From Rhizophagus irregularis (taxonomy: Eukaryota): a DNA stretch of 64,000 nt. Positions within the stretch are counted from its first letter, which is position 1; each line of letters starts with the position of its first letter. Location: NCBI RefSeq assembly GCF_026210795.1, contig NC_089429.1, forward strand, positions 6,448,001 through 6,512,000, read 5' to 3'. Below the pieces are notes generated by a model. It was given only the letters and a program-made list of their open reading frames with translations. It did no database searches and was not told where the DNA came from. The position numbers and the translations under genes are program-made. Shown in pieces: positions 38,288-51,650 of the stretch.

Positions 38288-38748
38288 GTCCCACATCCAA
38301 TGATCATAACATGAACAAATCTTTTACCATCACCATTCACATGAACCATTTGTGAAAGATGTACTTGGAAATTCCATGCCAGATTTTTATAAAATGAAAA
38401 ATGCTTATAATAATAGTATGACAATTTATTTTTAGAAAAAGTTCTTTTACTGCAAAAAAATTTCTTTTATTTAATTTACTAATTTTTAATATTTATTTAT
38501 AACTTCGATAATATTAATTTACAAATTCTTTAATATTTAGATAACACAATCGTTACGATCTTAATAATTAATTTTGTAAGGTCCGATGCAAACCAGATGA
38601 CGATCATGTTACTGCATAGACGAATCACTTTACGATAAATATGCAAATCAGTCACGATTTGGTTTCGATTTGAAAAGTTTCTGCAAAGTAGGATATATCT
38701 CAAATCTTCAAGAATAATCTTTTTTACACCATTTTAATAATATTTCCT

Positions 38749-40194
38749 CTAAATAAAAACAAATTGTAACTCTTCCATATACCTTTCTGCCATCCAAGCA
38801 TGATCATCCGTCCATAACGATTCATCAAAAACAAGGGTAAATTTAATTGGTGAACTAATTTTAGATTTCCAATCTTCAATAAATAATTCTAATTCTTCCA
38901 ATGAAAAAATCCAATCTTCTCTAAACGTGATTTCATGTAAAGTTGTAGGTACCGTTTGATTCATTACTTTTAATAATTCATCCCCATCGGATGGTATATT
39001 ACTATTAGCATTTGTTGAAAAAGTTACTTTTTCTAATTGTGTGCAATTTAAAAAGATCTTGAACATTTCACCTAAGTTTCTGTTGTCAATATCCATAGCT
39101 AAAAATTTTAACTTTGGGCAATATATTGATATCGCCTTAATTAATTGTTTATTATCAGTTTTATAATCTCTAGATCCAGGTGGACATAAACATATATTAA
39201 TTTCTGAAATGTCTTTACCAGACTTTTCAATTATTAAACGTATAATACTAATTGGCAAATATAATGTTTCAAGGTATTGTAGGTTCGGAAAAGAGGCCGT
39301 GCTTAAGTTGTGTTCCCATTCATCCCACTTTGCACTTCTATATGATTCACCACATATATTATTAAGAACTAAATGTTGTATATTTTCTAATGACGGAATA
39401 ACTATAGGTGAAATTAATGTAACATTGAATCGTATTGAAATTTTTTTTAATGTCACAGCCTTTTCTTTAATCACATCGCTTAGTAAATTGTATTGCCCTT
39501 CTTCCTCATCAAAAGCTAGACATAATGATTGCAGATTTTTTTGTATTTTAATGAATAAGGCTAAGTCTAGAGTATCCTTTTGACAATCGCGTACATCCAA
39601 GTCTCTTAAGTCTTGGCAAATCTTGCCAAGTTCAGTTAATGAAGTATTTGAATTAATAAATTTTTCATGATGAATTTTAAGGGAATGTAAGTTTGAAAAA
39701 ATTCTTTTGGCATTTGGAAATAAAGTTAATTTCTCCTTGGTACACCAATGGAAATCCTTTACATTCCTACATTTAGTAAAACTTAATTTGTAAAGTTCAC
39801 GCTCCAATATTTTTTTTTTGTATTTAGAATCCTCGACTTCATCATTTATTGTTAATTTTACCATATCTTCAATACATGCTGGCGTGAAAAGGGCGATATA
39901 ATTCATGTATTCGAGCATTGGTCCTTTTGGAAATTTATTTAAAGGTAATACAATCTTATTTTGTGGCAAAGGATCTTCCGGATTGTTTGGTAAAAAGTGG
40001 GCGATAACGTTATAGTATTTTTCACGTGATTCTTTTTTGTATTTGTAAGGACATTGGTAACTATTTTTCCATAGCAAAGGCATAGCTAATTCACACCAGG
40101 TTTTATTTACTAAACTACATGAATGCAAAGAATCAAGATCACCAAGTAATTCAGTAAAAATCAATACGAGAACATCTTTTACGAGGAATTCCAT
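38749..40194 (-). CDS. F-box domain / RNI-like LRR protein (481 aa, intronless)
   Basis: N-terminal L..DVL.LIF.EL..D..SLHSCSLVNKTWCELAMPLLW F-box pattern, followed by LRR-like repeats (CPKLKFL, CTQLEKV); long uninterrupted ORF. Confidence 0.92.
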   Translation of the reverse strand: MEFLVKDVLVLIFTELLGDLDSLHSCSLVNKTWCELAMPLLWKNSYQCPYKYKKESREKYYNVIAHFLPNNPEDPLPQNKIVLPLNKFPKGPMLEYMNYIALFTPACIEDMVKLTINDEVEDSKYKKKILERELYKLSFTKCRNVKDFHWCTKEKLTLFPNAKRIFSNLHSLKIHHEKFINSNTSLTELGKICQDLRDLDVRDCQKDTLDLALFIKIQKNLQSLCLAFDEEEGQYNLLSDVIKEKAVTLKKISIRFNVTLISPIVIPSLENIQHLVLNNICGESYRSAKWDEWEHNLSTASFPNLQYLETLYLPISIIRLIIEKSGKDISEINICLCPPGSRDYKTDNKQLIKAISIYCPKLKFLAMDIDNRNLGEMFKIFLNCTQLEKVTFSTNANSNIPSDGDELLKVMNQTVPTTLHEITFREDWIFSLEELELFIEDWKSKISSPIKFTLVFDESLWTDDHAWMAERYMEELQFVFI

Positions 40195-42571
40195 ATTGTT
40201 AAAAGTGATAAATGTAATTATAAATTATTAAAAAGTGCTCTTTACGAGAAGAAAATTTGAAAATTGAAAAGATAAAGTTAAAAATTAAAAATGCTGGATG
40301 ATTATATCAAGAATAAATTAAACTGTTGGTATGAAAGATAAAATAGTTGAAAGATATGAATGCATATTTATATAAAAATTTGTCATATGTGTTTAGTCTA
40401 ATTAATAATGTCTGATGAAATAGGGGTTCAATTTCAATTGTTCGAATCAATAAAACAATCATTAAAAATTTCTTCCATTTAAGATAATATTGAAAGTGTA
40501 GCATTTTTTGTATAACATTTATATCGTTGAAACTTAATAATATCATGAAAATTTTGGAACACAAGAATGCCCCAATTAAATGTAATAAAATGATTTCTAT
40601 TAAAAATCAATAAGTTTTATTTTGGAAATAAAATAAAAAAGTTTTAAAATCAATAAGTTTTAATTCGGAGATAAAATAACGAATGTTTCATTTAACTATG
40701 CGATACTGAAATACGGGGTACGAAAAATTAATGTAATCTCCGACCCAAGTGTATTATAGTAACAAAATAAGTAATTTCATAAATTTTCACTTCATTGTTT
40801 CCAAATCTAGAAGACTAGAACCATTTCTTTATGACGAAACAACGAAACATAAATGACAAAATGTGTATCACATAACAATACGTATCACACGATCCACATT
40901 TTACGTAAGCTTAACTTACCGCAGAAAAATGACACACGTTATGTAATTTTATACTGATCATTTCTAAAAATGTACGTTTTATTTTACGAAAATGGGAACG
41001 TGTATTATTAAAAATTTTTAATATAAACGTGTAGCATCGTAGGTATACTTCTACGTGTTTAGTTGTATACTTAGATTTTTTGTATGATTCGTTGCCACCG
41101 AGTTTTTTTGTGAACTCACTGGCCTATTATCTACAAAATTAATAAAAATCGTCCTTGTGACGTCATTAGCTCCACAAAAAAAAAAAAAAAAAAAAAAATT
41201 TTTAATAATTAGTAAAATTATACAGAAATCAGATCAAAAATTATTATTGCAATATGACCATAAAAGTATTACTACTATTTGGAAAATGTTTTCTTTGAAT
41301 TTAATAATATTTCGTAAATTCATCTGACGATTTTTATTAAATAGTCTGCACGCGTTACATGTTTTTTTCCGCTGAGTATATGTATTTAAACTACCAGAAC
41401 ATGTTTTAGAGTAATCTTTTTGACGTCATTCATTTTTATTTTATTTTTTATTTTATTTTTAAACTTGTTTAATGCGCTTTATTAAATGTAAAAGGGTGAC
41501 ACAAATGTATCACTCATAACCAATTACATTATCGTAAGCCCACCAAAACACCTCTTCAAAGAGCGATGCGTAAAGAACAAAAGATTCATTTTTTATTAAG
41601 ATGAAAATATTGGTATTGACATATTAACTCATATTTTAGAAATTACGTGAACGTGAACATTTTTCTGCGGTGATAGGCTAATAATAATCTTGCGAAATGA
41701 CAAAAATATATAAAATTTATAATATATTTTTTTTTGTACTCATATTATTATACATTACGATGAAACGAATTGTTCTAGATAGTATAGAAAATTTATTTGC
41801 ATTACAATGACTAAAGGATAAAACAAATAAAGTAAACAAAATAATACAATTTGTAAAATTGTTTGATTTTATTATTTATTAAAAACCACGAATTGCAAGA
41901 TGCATGCTAGATTTCACGCAACCTTATTGTTTCATCTCATGAATTTAATTTTAGCAAATTAAATGAGTAAGATAAGTAAATACATGCAGATTTATTACCC
42001 AATTTTAGATCACTGGCTAAAGTTTTGTCACCCATGGTTTTAGGATTGTCTGTTTGAAGTTTAATTTTAGGTTTGTGTAAATGTAATTTTATTGATTGAC
42101 TGAAGCGAAGCGTGGGGACCTATGCAATATGATGATCATGGTTTCCGTCAGTTCGCAATACACAATTCATATCAAGCATGTTCTCTGTAATGTTTAACTT
42201 TGCCGTGAGAAAAATATTATACTATTAATTTTGAACTTATTTAAAATATTATCTATGTTTAAATTTTTTTTTTTGTGATTTATAAATTTAAATATTTTAT
42301 TGCTTATTTTGCAATTTGTTATCAAGGGTTTTTACAGTTTAAAAATTACAAAAGACTGTGGTCTTTTTCAATTTAAAGTTTCTGATGCTGAAACTCTTTT
42401 GAATATGGGATAGAATTATGTTACATGAATGTGTTTCAGTTTCATATTGTGCATGACTTTGAATGACTGATATAGTAAATAGATTGATTCGCCAAATCTT
42501 TGACTGCGGGCATTTGAATTTTAAATAACAAAAGGAGAAAATTATAAGAAAAATAAATTAAGAAACAAAAG

Positions 42572-43783
42572 ATGGGAGTAACTGACTCTACAGAGGATGT
42601 AAGTACACTGGAAGGTCAAGATAGAAGTGAAAAAATACAAATATTGGAACAAGCGGGCTTAAAACGGGAAACAACGGACGAAGACGTAGCGAAGTTTTTA
42701 GCGTTAGAAAGACACCAGGAGAAGCTTCGTCAACTATTCATTTATAAACTTTCCGCAGCATTAAATAAGCCGACTATGCGAAATGTTTCGGAAAAAAAGG
42801 CTGATGTAATTAAGCAACAATTTTTAAAGCAAGAAGAACAGTTAAAAATAAAGTTCGAACAGCAACAAGAATAAAGAGAACGTACGTTGAAACACGAAAT
42901 ACATGGGTTGTTAAATATAGTTGGAAATAGTTCGGCAGCAAGTCTTACATGAGTATAAATGAAACATCTCACGTAGAAGAGACTTTGAAATCAGAACAGG
43001 GAAGTAATATGGATAATTCTTCTGATTGCTGCGCCGCTTTTGATAGTAGCGAAAGTACTGCTTCGACAGAAAGATCGGCAACTAGGCACATGACCATATC
43101 GGATAATCTTTTTATGAGTTGTAATTAAGGTCACGTGCTCGAACGTCGAGTTTAACATCAAAGCAACAGTAAACGTGAGTTAACTATGAAGATCCGGCCT
43201 GGACAACGGATTTAGGGAGGATACTAGTACGATGGTTTTCTGCAAAGTGGACCCTCAACCTCAAAGAAAGAAAACAACGCGAGAAATTCCAAGCTACGAT
43301 ACATAAACTTCCAGATTCTATGTCGTTAGCAACGTTATGGACTGACCATCGCACACACTCTTTCCTTTCACAGATTAAAGGATTGAAAAGTTTCAGAATT
43401 ATACAAACTGCAAGAGGGGAACGGAAGTTGATTGGATATTTCGAAAAGTGGGAAGATATGCGGAACGCATTAAACACCAACTTGGGGAAGATTCTTCCCT
43501 GAAACCCTCCCCAACGCAAATCAAAAGATCAAAGGATTCTAAATCCAACAAGCATCACACAACCAGCCCAAGAATCCGACAGGCTGATAAAAATCAGGTC
43601 ACAAACCTCGTCCATGATTCATCCCGCAAATACCTAATGAGGTGCATCAGGCTGACATTTTGTATGTGCCTTATGATAAAGTGGGACGCTTCAAGAAGAA
43701 TCAGAAAAGACGAAGTCCAAAAATCCAGAGAAGCAAAAGAAGGAGCACCGTTATACACTTTCGTGTTCGCTCTAATTAAGTAA
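42572..43783 (+). mobile_element. LINE ORF1 relic
   Basis: Broken frames read VRWFSAKWTLNLKERKQREKFQATIHKLPDSM...KSFRIIQTARGERKLIGYFEKWED, with a basic Ser/Lys-rich tail; resembles Glomeromycotina LINE ORF1. Confidence 0.6.
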
Positions 43784-44399
43784 TTTGTGACGCAATTAAA
43801 TTATAAATTAGTAAACGCACATATATACATTATTTTATTGATATTAAATCAACAAATACCTTGACGAACTTGTATATATCCATATACTACATCTTGTATT
43901 TAATATCCATATACTACGTCTTATATTAATATCCATATATCTTGTATTAATATCCAGTCCCGAAAAGCCTCACGATCAAAGATCTTAGCGGAAATTTAGA
44001 GACTTTGCGTAAACTAATTTAATTTTACCCCACTGGGGTTTTTTCATTTTATTGGTTTAGATTTCAGAATATGGGAACTGTTTTAAAATTGAGATTTTTA
44101 TTACATTATACTTTTTGATATGACTAGATTAAAATACAATAACTTAAATTTAATCATTTACCTTGATTTGCTAGATCAGACCCCAATTATGTGTTTCATT
44201 TTATTTTTTCTTTTATTTCGTTATTGCCCTTTTACCTTTTATTTTTATTTTTTCTTTTTGAAAGGGTGGTGCTGTTTTTTTAATTATAGTGCCGCGACTT
44301 GATATACGGTTCTTTTTTAATTACCTTAGACCTACTAAATGTTTGTCCTTGTAATTATTACCGTTACTTTGTTCACGTGAATTCTAAAAATAAAAATAA

Positions 44400-45150
44400 T
44401 AAATAAAATAAACGTGAATTAACTTCTAATCCCTCTAACAAACAAAGACGTAAATCATCAAAAGAAAGATCTAAGTCTGAACGGGTAAACGATACAAACA
44501 CACCCATGGACATCGTTGCTTGTGACTCCATTTATGTTACAGATAACGAACAAACAGAGGAAGACGTACACCTATATAATAAAATAAAGAACAAGAAAAT
44601 GACAGAGATCAATTTTTCGAAAACTCGGTCCGGAGTCATAACAGTCAACCAGTATCAAGCTCGACTTATTACAATCCCCTTAATATTTTTAAGGGAACAC
44701 GTTAAATCTCTTACCGGATATCTCCTTTGTTTTTTGGACTCATCTTTGAATAACCCAACTCTGTTTTTTTTTCACACATCGAATTACTTAAATATTTCTT
44801 CACAAAACAAAAAAAAATAAACACTCACGCTCCTTATCTTACTCTTACCACATCCCTAATTACCATTACGATCACTCCTCATCACAAAATCCCGATAACA
44901 GAATATCCAACCACCATAATGGATATAATCAACGAACCCGAAAGTCAACCAAAAACTCTACAATATATTATAAAAATAGGCACAAACCGCACAATTAATA
45001 TTCAATAGGGCTTTCGCCACAAATTAAATGACATCTTATCGTTTTTCTGTTCAAAAACTAGACATTTTAACCATCACAGAAATAAGTATTCACCAAAATC
45101 AAGACAAATCAAAATATGAAAAACACTTCCTTCCAAACTACGAACGTCGG
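44400..45150 (+). mobile_element. LINE relic: ORF1 pieces and start of APE endonuclease
   Basis: Near 44965-45085: IKIGT...INIQ*GF..KLNDIL.FF....DILTITE, the same pattern seen at the APE start of the LINE at ~10780-10890. Confidence 0.55.
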
Positions 45151-45164
45151 TATATGATATTCTC

Positions 45165-45289
45165 GATAAATTAATTAACCGATCGATCGGTTTTTTGACC
45201 GGTTTTTATATATAAAACCTACGGTTGGTTCGGTCACTGAATAACCGAACCGGTATAAACCGGTTATGATCGGACTTTTGGCATCCCCA
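45165..45289 (-). mobile_element. Solo end of the hAT MITE family seen at 16227-16748
   Basis: ...accggttatgatcggacttttggcatcccc is the reverse complement of gggatgccaaaagttcggttataaccg...; also shares ttttatatataaaa and aaccgatcg. Confidence 0.8.
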
Positions 45290-46912
45290 GACCAGAGCCC
45301 CTTTCAATTTATATGTCACTAAAAAAAAAATAATAATAAATAAAATTAACAATTTTAAATAAGTTTAAAAATCAATGATATAATATTTTTTTTCACAGCG
45401 AAGTAAATTACAATTAATATAAAGAACGTGATTGATATGCAATGTATTACGAACGGACGAAATCATGATCATCTCTCCGAACTATGAAATTATATTTACA
45501 CAAACCTGAAAAATAAACTTCAAAGAGACAATCATTTAATTTCTCATGACCATGGGTGATAATCTGCATGTACTTATAATACTCATTTAATTTGCTGAAG
45601 TTAACAAATCAACTATTTGTATTGTCAAGAAAAAAGAAGCGTTTATAGTCATGTTAATAATTCGTTTCATTGTAATGTATAATAAGATGAGAACTTTATA
45701 ACAAAAAAGCATATCTTACATTATAAATTTTGAACGAACATACTGTATAAAAAAAACTTACGCAAAAATGTGGAACAGTCTGTATTGAATATTATATATG
45801 AAACACATTTATTATGTTTCGTTATTTGAATATTAAGAAAATTCAAATATGAAGTTAATATATAATTTTAATTTAATTTTAATTTGGAAACAATGAAAAT
45901 TCAATGAAATTACCAATTTCGTTACTCTAATACACTAGGGTTAGGGCGTCGGACGTATTACTATATTAATTTTTCGTACTTGGGTAAATTCGTAATCTCA
46001 TTATTTCATTCCTTAAAGAGGTTAAATAGTTTTCATTGCTCAATCGATGTATGTCGTTTCACAAAAAATCTTTTATTGGAACTTGATTTTTAATTGAACA
46101 AAAACACTTAAGATATTAATGCTGCGTTAACCTTCTTACAAAGAAAGGTTGATGAAAATTCTACGGAAGAGAATCCAAAATGTTCTCACGTTCTCACGTA
46201 TTTGAACAAATTAAACGGATGAGCAAAGCGATTATCCTAATAAATCATTTTTATTGTAACCAATAATTTTACAAATTAAACCACGTATGGTAAATTATAA
46301 TAAGGGGCGCTCTTGTGTATCGAGTTTTAAGATTATTTGATGATTATCGTTTTAACTGTTCAAATATTTTATTTCTAAAATAAAAACTCTAATTTTTCAA
46401 TAGAAGTAATTAAGGCATTCTTTGTGTACAAACATTTCATGATGTTATTAATATAAGATTCAACGATATAAATGTTATACAAAAAATTCCGTATTAAGTA
46501 CTTTCAATAATTATTTTAGATGGAAGAAAAAACAAAGTCGTCGTTAGGCCACGGTAAAATTCCCTAATTTGAAAATTCATCAACCATTAAATATCGGTCA
46601 CAATAAACTAATAAAGTTTTATTTTCCTGAATTTTGATTGTTTCAGATGACCGAACAAATCTTTTATCTTTCTATCTTTCAAGTGCCCAGACGTTTATTA
46701 ACTAAACTAAACATATATAGTAATATATAGTAAATAAAAAAAAAATAAAAAAATTCTAATTTACGATTTGGCTTGTCAATTTTTCATATAAATATGCATT
46801 TATATCCAATTATTTTATCATCGTCCGGTGGTTTTGAATTTTCCCTTTTCTTTTCAATTCTCAATTTCCTTCTCGTAGGCGCTTTTTTATAATTTATAAT
46901 ATTTTTAATAAT

Positions 46913-48361
46913 ATGGCACAACTAGTAGACGACGTTTTATTGTTAATTTTTAATGAATTACGCGATGATATTTCAACATTACATTCATGCATTTTAGTAA
47001 ATACAATGTGGTGTCATATAGCAATTCCTTTACTTTGGAAAAATTTTTCCAGTTTATTCGAAAACCCATATAATTTCGAACCAGAATTGCGTAAAAAATT
47101 ATACAATGTCATCGCTCACTTTTTACCAAATAATCCAGGAGATCCTTTACCACAATACGATATTCAATTACCTTTAAATAGGATCACAAAAAAATTATCG
47201 TTCGAATACATGAGTTTTTTCACTCGTATCACAACAGTATGGATAAAAGATATGGCGGATTTTCTAATAAATAACGAAGTTGAGGATTCAAAATATAAAA
47301 AAAAAATATTAGAAAAAGAAATATACAGACTAATTATAAATAAGTGTAAAAATACAAAGTATTTCCATTGGAATACTAAAAAAAAAATTTACAAGTATTC
47401 AAACGCCGAATTTTTTTTTTCAAATTTAAATTTTTTTGAATTCAATTTTAAAATTAATTTCGCGAATTCAAAAACTTTACATAAACTTTCCGGTATTTGT
47501 AAAGACATAACAAACTTAGAGATAGTTGATTGCAATGAGGACGCTCCAGGTTTAGTTTCCTTTATTGAAACACAAAAAAACCTGCAGTCATTGAGTTTAT
47601 ATTTTATTGATAATGAAAAAGTAGAATACAACAAACTCAAAAAAATCATTGAAAAAAAGGCTGCGACATTAAAAAAATTTACGTTACAACCTGTTACATT
47701 AATTTCACCTAGATTTGTTTTATCATTAAAAAACATACAATACTTAACTCTTGATAATGATGGTGATTTATATGAAAGGGGGTGGCGGAAATGGACAAAA
47801 TATTTAGGAATGGCCTCCTTTCCTCACCTTAAGTACCTAGAAACCGCCTATTTACCAAATAATATTATATGTTTGATAATTGAAAATTCCGGCGGACACA
47901 TTTTAGAAATTTACATACGTTTTCCACTTGATTCAGATTCGAATAACTATCAATCCCAAAACAAAAAATTAATTTTGGCAATATCAAATCATTGTCCAAA
48001 ATTAATTAACTTAACAATGGAAGTTGGACATAGAAATTTGTGTAAAATGAAAGGGATTTTTTCCAATTGCATGCAATTGGAAAAATTATTCCTTACCACA
48101 AATTCCAATGTATTACCCAACGGTGATAAAATTTTACTATTAATGAGCAAAATGTTGTCCACAACTTTAAAAGAATTTTCATTCGGAGATAAGTTTAATT
48201 TCTCGTTGGAAGGATTGAGGACATTTTTTGAAAATTGGAAATCTGAAAATAGGTCACCATTTAAATTTATCCATCATTATGATGATGGAATGGTTTATTT
48301 ATGGACGAGTGATCATGATATTATTGTGGTAAATTATAAGAATGAAGGAGTAATTCGGTGA
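46913..48361 (+). CDS. F-box domain / RNI-like LRR protein (482 aa, intronless), paralog of 38749-40194
   Basis: LVDDVLLLIFNELRDDISTLHSCILVNTMWCHIAIPLLW; shares YNVIAHFLPNNP.DPLPQ, EVEDSKYKKKILE and ASFP.L.YLET.YLP with the paralog. Confidence 0.93.
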   Translation: MAQLVDDVLLLIFNELRDDISTLHSCILVNTMWCHIAIPLLWKNFSSLFENPYNFEPELRKKLYNVIAHFLPNNPGDPLPQYDIQLPLNRITKKLSFEYMSFFTRITTVWIKDMADFLINNEVEDSKYKKKILEKEIYRLIINKCKNTKYFHWNTKKKIYKYSNAEFFFSNLNFFEFNFKINFANSKTLHKLSGICKDITNLEIVDCNEDAPGLVSFIETQKNLQSLSLYFIDNEKVEYNKLKKIIEKKAATLKKFTLQPVTLISPRFVLSLKNIQYLTLDNDGDLYERGWRKWTKYLGMASFPHLKYLETAYLPNNIICLIIENSGGHILEIYIRFPLDSDSNNYQSQNKKLILAISNHCPKLINLTMEVGHRNLCKMKGIFSNCMQLEKLFLTTNSNVLPNGDKILLLMSKMLSTTLKEFSFGDKFNFSLEGLRTFFENWKSENRSPFKFIHHYDDGMVYLWTSDHDIIVVNYKNEGVIR

Positions 48362-50063
48362 AATCGAACATATATTATTATACGAAATTTTTTTGTAATT
48401 TTTTATTTATTTTATATTAAATAAAGTTAAATTTCATATCTAATAGACTTAATTAAAATGTTTCTGCGGAGCAGAAGTATAATATAATTACGCTAATAAA
48501 AATTTCTTTCGCCTAATATTCGTCGGGATGCAATACTACGCCACATTTTACAACGTAATTCTGGGCGATCTTGTTAACCACTTAGTAAAGCTTTACTCAA
48601 GTAAAAAGTAAAAAACTAAAAATATCGTAATAATATAAAATAGTCTCCAGAGTTTTTCTTTAAAAAATTTTTCAACCCCTTTTTTTTTGTTCGTATTGCT
48701 TTGATAAGATACCATACTTAATTTGGGTTGATTCTTTATTTTTTTTAAAAAAAATTATGTGAATTATACGAATAAAAGATGATATTATGCCATTATTGGT
48801 AAGCATTAAATCAATAAATTTCACCTACTGCGTCCAATAGAATAGAAAATCAAAATATTTATCCAAAATAGTAACACCGATATCATGTTATTAGTATTGA
48901 TAAGTAAGACGAATCCTTTGGTAAGTTCATTGTTTTGAATGTTTGTGTGATACACTATATTTAGGGTTAAAAACTCTGTTGAAAAAATATGGTCCGACTT
49001 ATTATTATGAAATATTGAAAAATTTATCTCTCGCATTAGAGTTCTTTTTTAGAACAAAATAATATACGGAATTATAACGGAGTTTGAAAAAAATAAATCG
49101 AATAATTTTAAAATAAAATCAATAGATTACCAAAAGTAGAATACAATAACAATTTTTTTTTAAAGTTTGCTGATCTTAGATATACAGGGTGTGGCAAAAA
49201 GTTAATAAAAAAGAATTACAAAAAGAATGTAAACAGAACAATCTGGTTTATAAAGTAATAATAAATGCAGCTCTTACGTATAATGAACCTGTAAATAGAA
49301 TAATGAAGCCAATTAAAGATTTTTATTAAAAGTATATTTTAAGTTTCTTTTTATCAAATTAAGATGAAACATGTGAAATATATAAAGAAAAGATGTCGTA
49401 TGATCTCACAATGAGTTTCTATGTCATGAGAACATTTTAAAATTTTACCTAAATGGATTATATAGTATTATATTTGGATTGGAAATTCCAATGCAATTTG
49501 GCGTTCTAGAATTAGCAGCCGGCCTCTTTTTTTAGAAGTATTGACCTAACAAACTTGGATGAATTATTTCAACAAAAGAGTTACTCTTTCGCTCTTAAGT
49601 TTACAATTTTTAGAAAAGGATCATCATAAATAAAATATTGAAATTTTAGTTATTCATCACTATATTAGTATTAGAATTAACCCCGTGTTACATAAATATG
49701 ATACCTAATTTGATATATTTATTGGATGTCATTTTAGTAACACATCTTTTTTATAGACTATTCGGTGTTAAAATAAAATTAATTGATTTGCTCCCAGCAA
49801 TTGGAATTTATTCAAGGGACTGACGAAGATAGCAAACAGAATGTAAAAGTTTTTCTAATTCTAGTAAGACTTTTTAATAATTGGATAAAAAAGTATAAAC
49901 ATTTTGAAAAAAATTTATTATTTAATTCCTCATTCTTGGCATGTTTTATTTGTTCCAAAAAAAAAAAAATATATATTTATATATTAGTATTTTTTTTTTA
50001 GTTAGTATTTTTCCATACTTTTTCTGAACAATTTTTTTCTCCCTGTTATTATTATTTTAAACA

Positions 50064-50524
50064 ATGTCGGATAGGAATATCGATTTAAATAAAATTATTA
50101 TTGAGGTCGCAAAACTCTTGGAAGTAATAAAAGAAAAGAACAAAGCCGCGACAAACAGAAGGGAATCTAATCGTCCTAACCATTTCCATATCAGACACTT
50201 TAGACAAGTCAGTCATCCTTATATGGGAGACCTCATAAGAAATCATCGTAGAGAATTTTTCAAATTTACCTCTGAAATCCGAAAGTATAATACTGTTAGC
50301 GAAGCTCAACCAGAAGTTACTCGAGAAAATATTTCCAAGGATCCAAAAAAATTTGATTATAAAGAAACAAAAGATGATGATCAATTTATTGATAAAGTAA
50401 GTATCTATTAACTTTAATAACTAAATAATATAACATATATATATTTATTTTAAAATTTTGTTCTTTAAAGGTACAAGATGCGGCGGATGATCTCGTCGAA
50501 AAATTTAATAAAATCTCTCTATGA
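50064..50524 (+). CDS. Small two-exon protein of unknown function (128 aa)
   Basis: Exon 1 50064-50396; intron 50397-50470 (GTAAGT...TTTAAAG, phase 0); exon 2 50471-50524 VQDAADDLVEKFNKISL*. Good start context (aaacaATG); a degraded paralog with the same donor position lies at 4410-4823. Confidence 0.72.
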
Positions 50525-50714
50525 AATTCTTTCATACATGATAGTTTATATTTATAAATATTTTAATATTTTATAAATGAATAAACATTACACTCGTCAA
50601 GCTAGATGCGTAAAATCATATAATTTTTTCAATATTTTTTAATAAACTGAAAATTCTTTAAAATTACAATGTTTCCGAAAGTGTATTGTGATAAGTATTT
50701 GAGCTTTTTTTTTA

Positions 50715-50896
50715 TATTTTTTATCATTTTTTATTGGCTGTTCGAGAAATGTGTATCAGGTTAACTTATACGGGTAAAATCTTTCACGTTCAGGCGGTGG
50801 GACAGTATTTTTTATCATTTTTTATTGGCTGTTCGAGAAATGTGTATCAGGTTAACTTATTCGGGTAAAACCTTTCACGTCCAGGCGGTGGGACAG
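50715..50896. repeat. Direct tandem duplication, 2 x 91 bp
   Basis: 50715-50805 and 50806-50896 differ at about three positions. Confidence 0.95.
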
Positions 50897-51479
50897 TTCT
50901 TTCTAATTGTCGCAAAGTTATTTGTCGCGCGAATAAATTTAATCAAAATTACTATATTAAAATAAAAAAAATTAATAATATTATCCCTAATATTTATAGC
51001 AAGTCAAATATTCTTCTACGTCGCGGTCGTCGCGTCGTCGTGTACAATTAATTATAAGGGGGTTGTTCGATCGTTTTAATAGTTATTTAATTTCAATAGT
51101 CAATTTTATTATTTTTTTTTTAAAAAAAAAATAAAAAAAAAATAAAATCATTCAAAAATCTCTTTCGATGATCATAAAAAATAAAATAATAATAAAAAAA
51201 ATTTTAAATAATTATTAATATTAGATTATTGATTGGATGAAAATAATTTAAAATATATTAACGCAAATATTTATTTATATCGAACTTATTGGGTTAATCA
51301 TTCAATTCTTTGTATCAAACAAAATTCTTATTGAAGTATAATAATTAAACAATACCAAATACGTATTCTTACAAAATAAATATATAAATGCTAAATTTTT
51401 TGCTATCTTTTTTTCTTGAAATTTATTAAATAATAATCTTTCTTAACCATGACTTCTAGTAATAATAAACCATTAATTT

Positions 51480-51650
51480 TTATACATATCAACTTTTTAT
51501 ATCACCCCACGAAAAATTTTCTGGGGAAAACTCTGATAAATGTTCATTTTTCTAGTTTTTATTCCAAAAAAACTCTGACATATAATCAATTTTCTAAAAA
51601 ATTTTTCATAGGGTCAATCCCTAATGAGAACTCCTTAGTGTACACCTTAG
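51480..51650. repeat. Dispersed repeat end shared with 760-835, 1185-1260 and 1825-1895
   Basis: catttttctagtttttattccaaaaaaactctgaca...tttctaaaaaatttttcatagggt matches the spacer of the 50-bp array. Confidence 0.75.

Noticed and set aside
39209..47736. ORFs 39209-39583 (+) and 47389-47736 (-), which resemble each other
   Set aside because: Antisense shadows of the two paralogous F-box genes; the similarity is inherited from the sense strand.
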